Part shown: in pieces, positions 1-12,628 of the stretch | How the letters are laid out: every line of letters starts with the position of its first letter | Numbering within the stretch: position 1 is the first letter of the stretch | Translations under genes and position numbers: made by a program | Assembly: GCF_002113885.1 (NCBI RefSeq) | Contig: NW_018404481.1 | Coordinates: 1,187,710 to 1,251,709, forward strand | Direction: 5' to 3' | DNA: 64,000 bases | DNA from: Mizuhopecten yessoensis | Taxonomy: Eukaryota | Notes under the pieces: generated by a model | The model's database searches: none | The model's input: only the letters and a program-made list of their open reading frames with translations | What the model was told of the DNA's origin: nothing

Positions 1-714
1 GTGTCAAGGGATGGACATAAATGAACCAACATATCACAAAAAGAATGGAACGCATACTAGTTTGCCTTTGAAATCGTATATCATATGCATAGTCATATTT
101 CATAACTAACAATATTACTTAAAAGATTGTCACTTTAGCATCATAATTACCTCCCGTGTCGAAATATTTGTATATACAAAGTCAAGAATGTATAAACTAT
201 GATACGCTCATTTTTTTCTTCATAGGATTGGGTGGCATTTATACAAGTTTTCTTTTACTAATCGGTATATCACATACATGTCACAACTTTTTGATGATAT
301 TTCATTTTACACAAATATTGTATACTGCCGTTACCAAAATCGCCCTGGTTAATTGCCAATAACATGTTCGTGTACTTCTGATATGGCGTCTGATTATTTC
401 AGGCGGCCTTAGGTGTACCTGCATTGTAAGGTTAATCAATGTTGCATCTAGATGTTAATATCCGAAGCAAGTACTTGTGGTCGGGCAGGAGACCCCTAGG
501 GCACATTCATTCTTGGAACGATGTTGATACTGTATTGCATCATATTATCTTAGGTATCTTATGTATCTCTTATATAAGATATCTTATGCAAGTTCATGCA
601 TCATTGAATCTGATGTATATACCCATTGCAATATTTGAGATATCTATATTTCTTTCTTCTATTAACTACCTTTTGTTTCCTAGTGCCTTGCTTGGCGATA
701 CTTATTTTTTAGAT

Positions 715-1070
715 TTAGGCCAAATGTTTAACGTTCCCCCAGGTGAGGAAGGCCGGGACCTTACAAAGTCCTTAAAATGGTAGTTGTTATTCACTGTTTA
801 AAGTTCAGCAATTCGTGAAACAGCAACAACTGGTTCACCCGTTGTTAGCATAATGTGATCAGGCAGGATGCTATGCTGAGAATTTTTTTCATAGTATTGC
901 AGTGTGATAGTACTTTAAAGACGGCATCAGAACCGCGCTATCGTCAGGAAACAAATACACCAACATACCCTACATCCAGCACACATACACACAAACACGC
1001 ATACATTACACACATGGAGACACGTCATGAAATGCCTTACCTGTTAATATAATAGACAAAACATAAAACT
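715..1070 (+). mobile_element. Degenerate SINE-like dispersed repeat (family also at ~50573 and ~51397)
   Basis: Shares GGTTCACCCGTTGT(C/T)AG(C/T)ATAATGTGA..GGGATGCT and a CA-rich segment with the copies at 50573-50850 (+) and 51397-51680 (-). Confidence 0.6.
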
Positions 1071-1149
1071 AACTAAAAGCACTAAACACTGGATCGATAT
1101 TGAACCATGAGTGAATGTAAACTTGTCATAGACCCCATACCTATTCACG

Positions 1150-1335
1150 TTCAGCGGAGGTTGAATCCCTAGCCGGTCGTAAAAAGGTATGGAAACACCT
1201 GTGGGTTCTCCGGGTTCTCCAGTTTTATCCCTTGTTGGTGCTATGTGCGCTTCCACCTGGGCCATCAAAAGCAATTTATGTGGCGTCTAACTAGTTTCTG
1301 ATTTGAAATATATAATACTTTATCATTATTATCAT
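1150..1335 (+). mobile_element. Degenerate V-domain-like SINE fragment
   Basis: GTAAAAAGGTATGG...GTGGGTTCTCCGGGTTCTCCAGTTT matches the SINE at 36228-36515; ends in an (ATT)n-like tail. Confidence 0.5.
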
Positions 1336-2204
1336 TATAAAGGTTACATCCATTACTTGAGCACTACCATTGCAGAGAATTTAATGTCGAGCCATATTTT
1401 CATCTGGTTTTAAAATATTCTTATATCTGCATATTATATTGTATTAAAGTCGTATATGTTCGTATGTCCTTGTGTCTTTTTGTACATAAACCTGTATATA
1501 TTTCGAAAATCGTTTCCAAAGTAGTTATAAAATACAAATATCTGAACGCCCTAAAACAAGGGTGAAGTTTGACAATAACTATTTATAAAAAAATCTACAT
1601 TTGTATTCTCTGTAGATGCATAGTTTTTAAATCGGTATAAAACGGATTTTTATTTGAAAAAACAACAACAAAAAACCCCGGATTTAATAGTAGTCCAATA
1701 TCATAAAAGACTTGCACGCGTTAGTAAATGGGAAATAACTCCTGTTAAAAATGACATCAAAGGTACAACGACAATGATATTTCTTAATTAAGCAATAGTA
1801 AAATACATTTATTACTAAGTGGTACATTAATTAGGCAATATATGATTACATGTAACATAAATATATAAACGAAAGTAACGTATTACATATTTGACGAGCG
1901 ATGCACATTCAAACCCTCAATGACAGAATAAAGATTTCAAATTTAAAATACCAGTAAATGTATCATGTGTTATATTAAATAGAAGTAGCTAGTACCTGTA
2001 GTGGCGTAGGAATATGTTCCCACAGGTTTTGACCAATCACAGCACCTTTAGGTTTTATTACACGTGTGTAATACCATATTTATGACATGGCTGTATGGAC
2101 ATAGTAAAATGGGTCAGATATGTGATAAAAAAATAATAAATATTTACATTTTGTTTTGTAACAAGACGCTTTGATGGTGACTGGACAGTGGGGAGGTGGT
2201 CATC

Positions 2205-2545
2205 CTCGATATTCCAGGGGTTTCGCTCACTTTCGCTCTCTGCACCACTGAAATATTTCAAAGCAAAATTGAAGGTACACGTCTAGCTATTTGATTGGTC
2301 TCGGGTAAAATTACTGGACCAATTGCTAGGCTGTTGCCTGTCCTTTGAAGATTTCAAAGGAGCGACCCCCGACCTTAAAGACAGTAAATTTTACCTTTAA
2401 GAGACCGACAAATTCTTAAAGCATAAAATTAGTCTTCTTGTCTCATCGACAAGGTGGCACACACCGAGCCTTCGATTTTGCTTCGACATATTCCATGGGA
2501 GAGCAGAGAGCGAAAGTGAGCGTAACCCCTGGAGAATCCAGGGCT
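2205..2545. mobile_element. MITE-like element with ~65-bp imperfect terminal inverted repeats
   Basis: CCAGGGGTTTCGCTCACTTTCGCTCTCTGC...AAAGCAAAATTGAAGG (2214-2275) is the inverse of CCTTCGATTTTGCTTCG...GCAGAGAGCGAAAGTGAGCGTAACCCCTGG (2469-2532); partial related copy at ~6815-6945. Confidence 0.7.
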
Positions 2546-2759
2546 GGGTAGGGGATGACGAAAGTGGACAAGTCAAACCTATTCAGTTAATGCCGAGTTG
2601 AAAAGTAAACCAATATAAGTATGTCACTAAAACGTATACAATGTAGTATACACAACAGTAATGTCAGATATGGTTATAACTATGAGATACACACACACAA
2701 TTAAACTCGATTTCTAAATCTGATGAAGTGTTGCACGTTTGTAAAAACTTTTGAGTTAA

Positions 2760-4400
2760 GGTCCAACGAAAACTGAGAATTACCAAACAAAATAAGTTCT
2801 ACGTTAAAGTCAATTTATATTGACTCGTTCAAACTCTGAAACAGGATACGCCCTTCGTTGATGAAAAGTTGAGAGTCGAAGAAAAAAGCGATAGTCATTC
2901 TCACAGGGACGTCCACAATTCCAGACAGGACTTTGCACAAAGTTAGCCCTATATAGATCATATTCAAGAAAACTGCACCGATTTCTAAGCTTAGTAGGCA
3001 AACTTTTCAAGTTACGGTCACTTATACTCAATATAAAAGGATGAAGAGGTATATTTGAGGATAAAGAGTTTTTTTTAAAGAATTAAAGGACGTCAAAGAT
3101 CCTAATGGATTATCTAAAGAGTTCCAACTGCGAAGAGTGAACGGCATGAAAGAGGAATTAGTAAAAGAAATCCAGAAACGAGGAATTCGATAATCGTTGT
3201 TATTTCTTAAGGTATGTAACTATACCGGTTATTTCCACTAAGATCAGATGGCAGAAGAGAGTAAAGATAATCGGGAGTTACATTATTATGCATTTAATGA
3301 AAAATGGAGTTTTCTTCGTTTTCTTTTATTGGAAGGAGGTTCTGAACTATTTTCAAAATATAAATCATCAATGCTTGCTGTGATAATACGGGCGGCTTCT
3401 CTTTTGGCTTTCTCTATCTTTTCTGTCTCGTGTCTATTACAACCATCCGACATCCGGCATATTCCAAGCCAGATTTATAAATTCTTTAAAAGCTTTCTCT
3501 ATTCTGTAGGTATTTCAGTTTTTGTAAGACGTTTATTTTGTTTATAACAGAACTATAACCCACACTGATATGAGCCCCCACTTTGCATTTTAGCTAACAG
3601 TAACTCCTAAATGCTTATGATGATCAGTAAAGTTTTAAAAACTTCAATCAAAAATCGAATCTAAATCTTTCTCAATGCTGTTGGAATTTGAAAAAAAAAA
3701 TACATCAGTTTGATCTGGGTTAATGTCACCAACCATTTTTCTCAAGATCTTTATCCAAAGCTGTTGACGATTAAAGTAAATAATAATAACAATACTATAC
3801 AATATTTATATAGCGCTCTATATAATTTGTAAAATTACTCTAAAGCGCTTTACAACATATGGATAATAGTAATAGATATAATTGTGAAACAAAAACAAAG
3901 GCTTACAATCACTTTCATACATTTAACAAGCAATGTACACATAATTGAACAAATAAAGGGTGGTATTTACATGACGTCTTTGCGGAGACCCTAAAATGCA
4001 GACGTGAAGAGGTGAGTTTTTATGTCCCCTTGGATTTGGCCAGAGTATTTGGCCAGGGTATTTGGCCAAAGTAAATATGTATCATCTGCAAAGAGACGAC
4101 CAGTAGTTAAAAACCATTGGTAATATCATTGATATATATATATATGTGTGTTCAAAACAAAAGCTGTCCAAAAATTGAGCCCTTGGGTACTCCTGTTCGA
4201 TTAAATCTAATTCAGAATTAGAATCGAGTTAAAAGACCTCTTGATGTTTCCGAGATACATTTTTCTAACCACAAATACAATTCACTGGAAATGCCATAGG
4301 ATTTTAACTTCGCCATCAAAACTTTATGCCAAACTCGATCAAAAGCTTTAGAAATGTCATAGAATACCATACATACATGTTTTCCCCTCAAAAGTAATGC
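2760..4400 (-). mobile_element. Decayed CR1/L2-clade LINE ORF2 (reverse transcriptase and C-terminal part)
   Basis: Minus-strand fragments VFYDISKAFDRVWH, GVPKGS, LFADDT and a C-terminal Cys-rich segment (LRNRCSFL..SPVWNCG..CE); many stops and frameshifts. Confidence 0.85.
3781..4035 (-). mobile_element. 3' end of an L2-like LINE inserted into the older LINE
   Basis: Reverse complement of the element end at 33980-34260 (AAAGCGCTTTAGAGTAATTTTACAAA...TATATAAATGTTGTAT plus ATT tail). Confidence 0.7.
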
Positions 4401-4936
4401 AGATGTGAGAAATTTCACTGATACGAATGTGGCCATTACTTTGGTAATGTAATTATTTAAATTACACAATACATTGGAAAAGTGCCATTACCATTACCAT
4501 TACATGGTTCAGTAATGTTATTAATCAAATATTAATTACATTGCCAGTGTAATTAATTACCATTACATATATTTTTAACTAAACAAACGAGTGAGTGGGT
4601 AACATAAAACGTTGGGCTTTAACTCTTTCATTATAAGCATGAATAATATATTTATAACAGCATTTATTTATCTAATTTATCACATAATCGGCCTGTTTTC
4701 CAGTGCATTCGTCCGTGTAATATGTTTACATGTGTCACTAGTGTGATATACACCGGAGCGTTTTCATTGCCTGTGCCAGTCAGAAATCGATTGTGACGTC
4801 ATAATATGGACAATGACGTGACGTCATAAATTGTGAATGGCGCAACAAAATGGCTGTCTCCGTTTGATTATGCCCTCTACATTTTGGCTTTTAAACCTGT
4901 CAAAATGTAAGTTTTCTGAGTTATGTGATAAAAAAT

Positions 4937-5080
4937 ATCTTAAATTTGTTTTCATTTTATATGAGCTTTTATGAAACTCGTCTAAAAGTTTTAATTTTTG
5001 CTCGTCAAGGCTCGCAAAAATAAAAACTCCTAAGATTCGTTTTTATAAAATCTCATATGAAATGAAAACTCATTTAAGAT
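4937..5080. repeat. Long imperfect hairpin, probably part of a non-autonomous DNA element (~4640-5090)
   Basis: ATCTTAAAT.TGTTTTCATTTTATATGAG pairs with CTCATATGAAATGAAAACTCATTTAAGAT. Confidence 0.65.
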
Positions 5081-7281
5081 CCTTTGTATATATATATATT
5101 ATAAACGTGAATGCACTCCAAACCACTGTTCAGTGTTACTAGAAGTTTGAAAAGTTTATATTATCATGAATATACACTGTAGTTTCACTAGTTTCACATA
5201 ACAATGTCTTCACTATATACATATGGTTCATATATTATAACGATATTTGGACTTAGAACACTTTTTCGCCTCGAAAATCTCCATATTTGACTACTAATGA
5301 GAAAATCCAACGTAAACTGTCAATGCATTTTATTTAGATATTCATTTTACATTTAATCATCATTATATGTTCGAAAGTATCGTCATTTAGACAGCACCTG
5401 CCTGGGAGGAATATCTTGCTTAAAAGTCTCTCAACTGAAGCTATATTGATGTAAAATCCCAACTGAAATGATTTCCAGGTCTTTTTTGTGTGCACGAGTG
5501 TTTGTACAATAAAAAAAGGCAATATAATAACCTCAGAACATAGTAACTTATTTAAAGGAACAGCATCAGGCAAATTACTGAATTAAAATGAATAGAATAA
5601 AGAGGTTTACCTTCATACGAGTTATGAAGTTGGAGGTTACTTTTAAACTTCCAAAGATAGCTGATGAACAATGTCTACATTTTGCTTTAAAGTTTCCTGT
5701 AATTTCCTTTGGAATCTCAAAATAGTTCAAAATGTTAGAATCCATCATTCAGTGTTGGGAGTGTTTTGAGAAATGTTGTTATTTCACAGTGAATGGTTAA
5801 GTAATATTCCGTGTTTGGTTCAATGATAGTACCTGTAAAATTACTGCCATCTACTCTTTTTACATTACAAAAATAAAAAAAATTGATAAGAAACAGGAAG
5901 AACCAGACGATTGCATTCTCCAGTAAGCAAGTCGATATTTTTAAAAATCACCTGTAATTATAAAGTTTGGTGAGAGATGAAGAGTATTCCAAAAGGATAA
6001 GATAGAAAATATATGAATAAATTCGTGAAGTAGTTTTGGTCAAAATTACCTCATCACCAGGATGTTTTAATGCATGTAAGCTACTACTTTTAATTAATTA
6101 TGAAAGATAACACCAACTAAAGTCGAGAACCCATAAGAAAGATTTGGAACTAAAAGAGAACATAGTGAGAGACATCTATCGTAGACATCGGAATAAAAGA
6201 TACCGATCGCTATTCAATGACACATAAAAGAATTGTCCATTATGAAATAGTGATCTGGTATCTGATACGAACAAGACACAATCCTAAAAAAGGTTTTATT
6301 AACTTGTGGCAATAGAGAGAGACGGGATGAGNGAATGACATATAAATAGGCTTCAATGCATATGTATATAATCATATGACAACTGAGAAAAGAGGAAGAA
6401 CGATTTGATAGAGTGGCACAAGACAGCTATAAGGGGATGCTGCATGCGTGATGGGAGAGACGTGAAACTCTGAGAAGGGAAGAACAACTGAATGGAAAGA
6501 CACAGGCGCTTGACTTTATTATGGGTGTAGTGACAGACGAGGCTAGTGCCTGTGTGGCCTGAGAAGGAAATTGTACAGGGGTGGGGGATAACAAAGAAAT
6601 AGATGATGGACGGTAGGGAGAACTAAGAGAAAAACAAAACACGAACAACTGGAGAGAGATTATACGACTAAATAAATATGTAAGTCTACATGCGCCAGCG
6701 TCCATTAACGTGACAAAACCAATGTCAAGAACACTCACACTCTGCTCACTTGTTTGTTTAAACTTTCAATACGAGGAAAATATTGGAGCATTTGCAACCG
6801 AGTCGTCCTCGTTACCCAGGGGTTACACTTACTTACGCTGCGCCCCTGGAATAGGTCATGGCAAACTTGAAGGCATGCGGCTAGCTATTTGATTGGATTC
6901 GGGCAAATAAATTGATCAATCGCTAGGCTGATACCTTTTCTTGGGAGATTACAGTGCGACATGACATATCCCAGAGGTGCAGAAAGCATAACTTCTGGAG
7001 TATCGAAGATAGTGCAAGGTTTATTGAACAAAAGTAAATATGCACGCGTCCAATTATACGTGCATAATTATTAAACAATGAAATGTGTCGCTACATCGCC
7101 GACGAGTAAAACCATGGCACGTTCGGACAATTTTGATTAAATATCTGAAGAATCATTTACTTTTTCGTCGGAAGATTGGATGGCTGAACGTGGCCCGCCA
7201 TAACTATGATGTCATAAATCATGCAGCGTCAGATTTCGCCCCCAATTTTACGACTTGTTATTGAAGCATTTGACTGCTTAC

Positions 7282-7321
7282 AGTTGGCATTCCTAGTCAA
7301 TATTGACTAGGAATGCCAACT
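7282..7321. repeat. Perfect 40-bp palindrome
   Basis: AGTTGGCATTCCTAGTCAAT|ATTGACTAGGAATGCCAACT; shorter related palindrome at ~7513-7539. Confidence 0.9.
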
Positions 7322-7582
7322 AAAAACAGCTCAATACTTATATTTATCATTTTCGGAATATGTTCATCTCATAAAATATTTAATTACACTTATTCAGCAT
7401 TTAGTTCAAATAATGTATATATAGTGTATTCGTTTTAAATGAATAGAACAGCCATCGCCCAGGAAGGAACAGTGGTATCCAATGTAATAATTATGACGTC
7501 AACAATCGACCATGGCATTCATAGACTATATGAATGCCAACTGAATTTGGTAGGGTTATAGTGGCAATGCCATACGATGGTT

Positions 7583-7727
7583 AACAGTTAAAGTATGGGT
7601 ATGAGGGATATAGCAAGTTTAGGATCCCCCGAGGCCAGGACTATTTCCCGAGGCGAAGTCGAGGGAAATAGTCCTGGACGAGGATCATAAACTTGCTATA
7701 TCCCGAAATACCCATACTTCAACTGTT
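7583..7727. repeat. ~145-bp hairpin of a non-autonomous DNA element
   Basis: AACAGTT.AAGTATGGGTAT..GGGATATAGCAAGTTTA.GATCC..CCAGGACTATTTCCC / GGGAAATAGTCCTGG..GGATCATAAACTTGCTATATCCC..ATACCCATACTT.AACTGTT around a GAGGCGAAGTCGAG loop. Confidence 0.75.
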
Positions 7728-8759
7728 TTATTATACAGATACAAACACTCCCTTACAATATTCTAAATATTATTAGACAACATTTTATTAACAGTTGGGA
7801 CACTTTTTTAACGAAACTAAAATTTTCCGATTGCGCTGATTGGTCAATATTCAGTCAGGCCCGCCCACGACGTCACTCAATATCCCGCATTAACTCAGGG
7901 AAATAGTTTCAAAACTATCGCACCCCTCCAGACGAACTATTTCCCTGGCATGCAGTTAGAGGGGAAATAGCTTGTTTACGTGGTTACTTTTGAATAGTGT
8001 AAAATAAGTAGAGGTATAATAATAAATAATATAAATATGTTTCCACTGGCCGAACTTGACCCGGTATCATGTGCCGAACCTGTCAAAAATTGATGTTTTA
8101 ATAAATTCGTATGTTACAGCAATGCGAAAATCAACGCTAATCTTTAATATTTATATGTACATATAGGCCTACCGCCATAGTGTGAATTGAAGTTGTCAAT
8201 GTACGTGTATAGATATAGGTAGCAATTATGTTTACAGAAAGTTCCCAAAACTAGAAAGAAGTGAGGTCATGGTTTTCCTTCTACCCTCCCAAAAATTAAG
8301 TTACTTTTTCCCTTGAAATTATTTAAAATTTGAATAAAAATAGACTTTTACCTTTTTGAAAATATTAAATTAAACGAATTTATCAAAATTCAGTATTAAA
8401 TTCAAACAGAGACGTATATCTACAGTATACGTCTCTGGTTCAAATAAGTGTATTATTGTGTATGCCGGCTTACTAAATGAATATACATATTCTAATATAC
8501 TATGGAGGGTTGGTGGACAGCATCAAAATTAGTAGGTCATAATTTTATGATGTGACATATAAGATTAGAAATTCAATTTTGCTGAAAATTGAACGTCAAT
8601 ATGTCTGCTAAGATGGGGGATGTTTCTTTCAGTGTAACGTCCACAGTGCCCAACTTACTTATTTGTGTGATTTTAAACAAGCTACCCTCAGATTCTTCTG
8701 TTATTTTCATTTATAATGGCCTCTGGCGTAGGCCTTTTTCATAAATTACATTCAAAATA

Positions 8760-9210
8760 GCCGCTCATCCACATCACCGAAATCTCGCGAGATTTTCACC
8801 CAGACCGGTTCCGCTACTGTGTATTCTTCCGCAATAATATTAGAGTTTTATCACTTGTTTGTATTTAGAATTAATACATTATATATCGCATGTAATTCAA
8901 ATTTGTTGAGTAAAAACTGTATTTTGTTAGTTATGTGTGCATCAAAAGTCATGATACAGTGATCGGTTTATCTGCACTACTTGTATCCGCCATTTTGCGG
9001 AATATCTTCGAGGTCATTTACGCCAGGGCTGTTAAAATGAGAGATGGACCCAAATAGAAATGCACTTGCTGTATTTTCATCATATGTTGTTTTATAAGAC
9101 GTATACATAGTGCTCGTGAATAATTAGATCGTTGTTTTACTCTACTTTCAAGGTTGAGCCATCGAAAGGCTCGTAGATATCCGTAACTTTACGAATATAC
9201 CAGGTAGGTG
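8760..9210 (+). promoter_or_regulatory. Putative ARF6 promoter and non-coding first exon
   Basis: Locally CpG-richer; palindromic TCTCGCGAGA element (8783-8792), YY1-type CCGCCATTTT (8987-8996), donor CAG|GTAGGT at 9203/9204; the first coding exon has its own acceptor at 12031. Confidence 0.55.
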
Positions 9211-10687
9211 TGAACGCAAAAATAACAAAACGTTCAAATTACAGCTCGACTTATCTCTTAGCTTCCGCTTTTAGTTTGACTCCTGTAATACAATATCATG
9301 CATGTATGAATCAATCGGGTTCTTTGTCGCGTTAGACAACTACACGTAGATTCTTTATTTTCATTGACTAATTTATTGTTGGCGAAAGAATAATTTGTCC
9401 CTGTCGACAAGTTGACGTTCCCAGTCGACACCCATTTTCTGTCAAATTGTGACCAAATGGTTCAGTGTATATTGAATTTGAATGTATGCGTGTCTGCTTC
9501 AGTTTTTTGGATGATTTCATATATAGAAAATTGACGTTTTAAGCTGTTAAAAATCGGCTATATTAAACGTCATGGGTAAATTTTAATTCGTTCTATCTTA
9601 TTTGGGTTGTTAAACAGATTTCCTGCCTTTGGGTCATGACATCATCAGGGTCCATATATGCATCTGCTTTATGAGGGTCATTAATCAACACAATTCAGAC
9701 CTATCCTTTAGATGTCAAATGAGTTTTATAATCAAATGCATTAAGCGCTAAATCTCATTATGGATTTATAAGTCTAAAGGGTATTGAATGTAGTATTAGT
9801 ATGGATAACAATATTCACTATTTCAGTATTTGCTTATGTCCTATATTATTTGACATTGCACCAGCCCAACCCATATTTTCTATGTAAAATTTGAAACCTT
9901 TGCTAAGCCCTGACATAAAATCTAGCCACGGACATTTTGTACATGTACCTGATGACACTTTAAATGTGAAGTTGTACACCCATCTAATGTATTTGTACAG
10001 TACATATGTACTGAGATTTTAAGTAAAAAATGCTTCATGTGAGGGTTAACAGTATTATAAGTGCACACCATGTGGTAGGGGTGTGCATCATGGGTAAGGT
10101 AAAACATGAGACAGCTTATAATTATCTGGCCTTTTCCAACCAGCCCTCTATTAAATATATTTTTGTGTGTGTACCAAACAACATAAGTAATAAACAATTA
10201 TTTAAAGTCCTGCAATCACTGGGTGAGAAATTTTCATGAATTCGTCAATGATCGGGGCAGATTCGAAGTAAAAGTTGGTTAAACTGACCCTGCGACATTA
10301 ATAGCAATATTAGCTAAATAAAGTTTCTCCTGTCCTGCCATCCCCCAGGCTTATGTGTGGCAGGAATGATTGAGTGGCAATGAGAATTTGAGATTCTGCA
10401 CCTAATGTGCTACTGATTGACGATCTTTACCTGAATATGGTCAGCAGAAATTGCATTTATGCTGTCTCCATATTCTTTTGAAGCATATAGCTTCAAACAA
10501 CTGAACCTTTCTTTTCAATACTTCTATTTATACTAGATGCCCCCCAAAAACATTATTTTGGAAAGTTCCCCATTTATGACACATGCTGTAGTGTTAACAT
10601 TGGTCAGCAATACTTGCAAACAAGCTCTAGTAAAGGCTAGTTTTACTTATTTATACAATTTCATTCCTGACGTTACATCATAACTAG

Positions 10688-11344
10688 TAGTCCGAATTAT
10701 TCTGACGTTTTATCAACTCTTTTTTATATCTGTCTGTCGTCATTTAACGTTAGAACTCCGGTACTCTAAAATATGCAGGAAATAAGAGACCAGCACCCGG
10801 GTCGCACTTCAAACTGATATTTTAGAAACAAATCGTCACTTTCAGGCACATGGATCGAAAGATCTATTCTTTATGCACAAGATGAACATAAATTACATGC
10901 TTCAAACAACCAACACAATCACTAAAAACATATTTTTTCAAACTTACTCTGTTTTACTCTAGTTTTTTGATAGCCACATGACTAAAATCTATGTCATAAC
11001 GTTGGGAAATACCTTCGGTAACGCTAGATCTCAAGTCATGTGACATTGCTCATGCCCTAATTTCCATTAAAAACATGGGTTGGTATAGAAAACGTTGGAA
11101 AATACTGTTCGTAATGATCTTTGAAACATGTTATTGATACCACCTAGTGCATAAAGAATAGATCTTTCGATCCTTGTGCCACATGCGTATGAAAGTGACG
11201 ATTTGTTTCTAAAATATCAGTTTAAAGTGCGACCCGGGCGTGGGTCGCTTATTTCCTGCATATTATGGAGGGCCGGAGTTCTGACGTTAATCGACGACAG
11301 ACCGATATAAAAAAGTCGATAAAACGTCAGAATAATTCGGACTA
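10688..11344. mobile_element. Foldback/MULE-like MITE with ~200-bp TIRs and 9-bp TSD
   Basis: Ends TAGTCCGAATTATTCTGACGTTTTATC / GATAAAACGTCAGAATAATTCGGACTA; direct repeat CATAACTAG at 10679-10687 and 11345-11353. Confidence 0.85.
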
Positions 11345-11368
11345 CATAACTAGTAACTACATAATACC

Positions 11369-11465
11369 GTACTAGGAGAAAGAGAAATGCACGGACAGAC
11401 GGGGGTTTGAACCAGGGACCCTCCCAACTCTAGACAGAGGCTCTACCAATTGAGCTACCTGGTCG
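11369..11465 (-). mobile_element. Solo/partial LTR of the tRNA-containing TRIM
   Basis: Reverse complement reads GACCAGGTAGCTCAATTGGTAGAGC..CTAGAGTT..GGTTCAAACCCC..GTGCATTTCTCTTTCTCCTAGTAC, matching the LTRs at 45533. Confidence 0.7.
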
Positions 11466-11467
11466 TA

Positions 11468-11785
11468 ATAATAATAATAACAATTTGAGGTTCTTATTCT
11501 CAAAGCGGTTCACAAATTATTATCCCTGGTTATAGGGCCTTTGCAACCAACCAATATCTTTCTCAACTCCCTGGGGAGCATACAGCCAGTGCTGCCATTT
11601 CGGCGCTCACAGCTAGCATTCAACATTTCTAGTACTGCCCAACCACATACTCATTTACAGCTGAGTAGACTGGAACAAGTGGAGTAAAGTATCTTGCTCA
11701 AAGATAAACCACAGTGCCATGCCTCAAACCAACAACCCTGGGTCACAAGCCCGGTGTCCTACCACTGGACTACCATGCCTCCTAT
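11468..11785 (-). mobile_element. tRNA-derived SINE with conserved central domain (family uncertain)
   Basis: Minus strand: GGCATGGTAGTCCAGTGGTAGGAC head, GAGCAAGATACTTTAC..CAGTCTACTCAGCTGTAAATGAGTA..CTCCCCAGGGAGTTGAGA body, (ATT)n tail. Confidence 0.65.
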
Positions 11786-12044
11786 CGTCAACGATCGACT
11801 CTGTCTAGTTCCATTAGAATATAATGATAGTACAAGTGGTCCAAAGCAAGAAAATAATTTTGTCACATATAGGAATATGAAACAAAGATGTAAAAACAAA
11901 TTGGGTACATTACAACTATTTTTATACAAAAACAAAGATAACTTGACTACTGAATTGTAATAAATAGTGTAATTTAATTGAAAATATAGTACATGCCACA
12001 TGTAATGATTTATTTGCATTTTCTTTTTCAGATTAAAATCCAAG

Positions 12045-12126
12045 ATGGGGGGGTTTCTATCCAAGATCTTCGGCAATAAAGAAATGAGGATATTGATGCT
12101 GGGCCTAGATGCAGCAGGAAAAACTA
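12045..12126 (+). CDS. ARF6: ADP-ribosylation factor 6, coding exon 1 ([27 protein letters not shown])
   Basis: Myristoylation Gly2, P-loop [11 protein letters not shown]6-type N-terminus; followed by U12 donor GTATCCTTT at 12127. Confidence 0.95.
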
Positions 12127-12135
12127 GTATCCTTT
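12127..12135 (+). other. U12-type (minor spliceosome) 5' splice site
   Basis: GTATCCTTT, the exact U12 GT-AG donor consensus. Confidence 0.92.
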
Positions 12136-12406
12136 ATGATATTACAAAGTTACCTGGTGATTTGGTGATGACTTTTTTTTCTTCTGACAAATCAAAGTTT
12201 TTAAATTCAATCTATTATTTCTTTGATCTTTTCTTTCTATGACAAGTTCCAGTCAATTATTTCAGTCCCATGTTGATATGAAGTGTAAATGCCAATGTTT
12301 ATTCTAAAGATATCAATTAAGAAATGTTTGATACACTGTATTTTGATAATTTTGTTTGCCACAAATTTAGTACTCGATTTATTTGTGTTTGTTTGTCTGG
12401 GTGTGA

Positions 12407-12628
<222 letters not shown>

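Noticed and set aside
5300-6160. Possible L1/Tx1-like LINE remnant on the minus strand
   Set aside because: Only a vague Cys/His pattern; no convincing RT or endonuclease motif could be read
12045-12242. 65-aa ORF as a standalone truncated ARF
   Set aside because: It is exon 1 reading into the U12 intron
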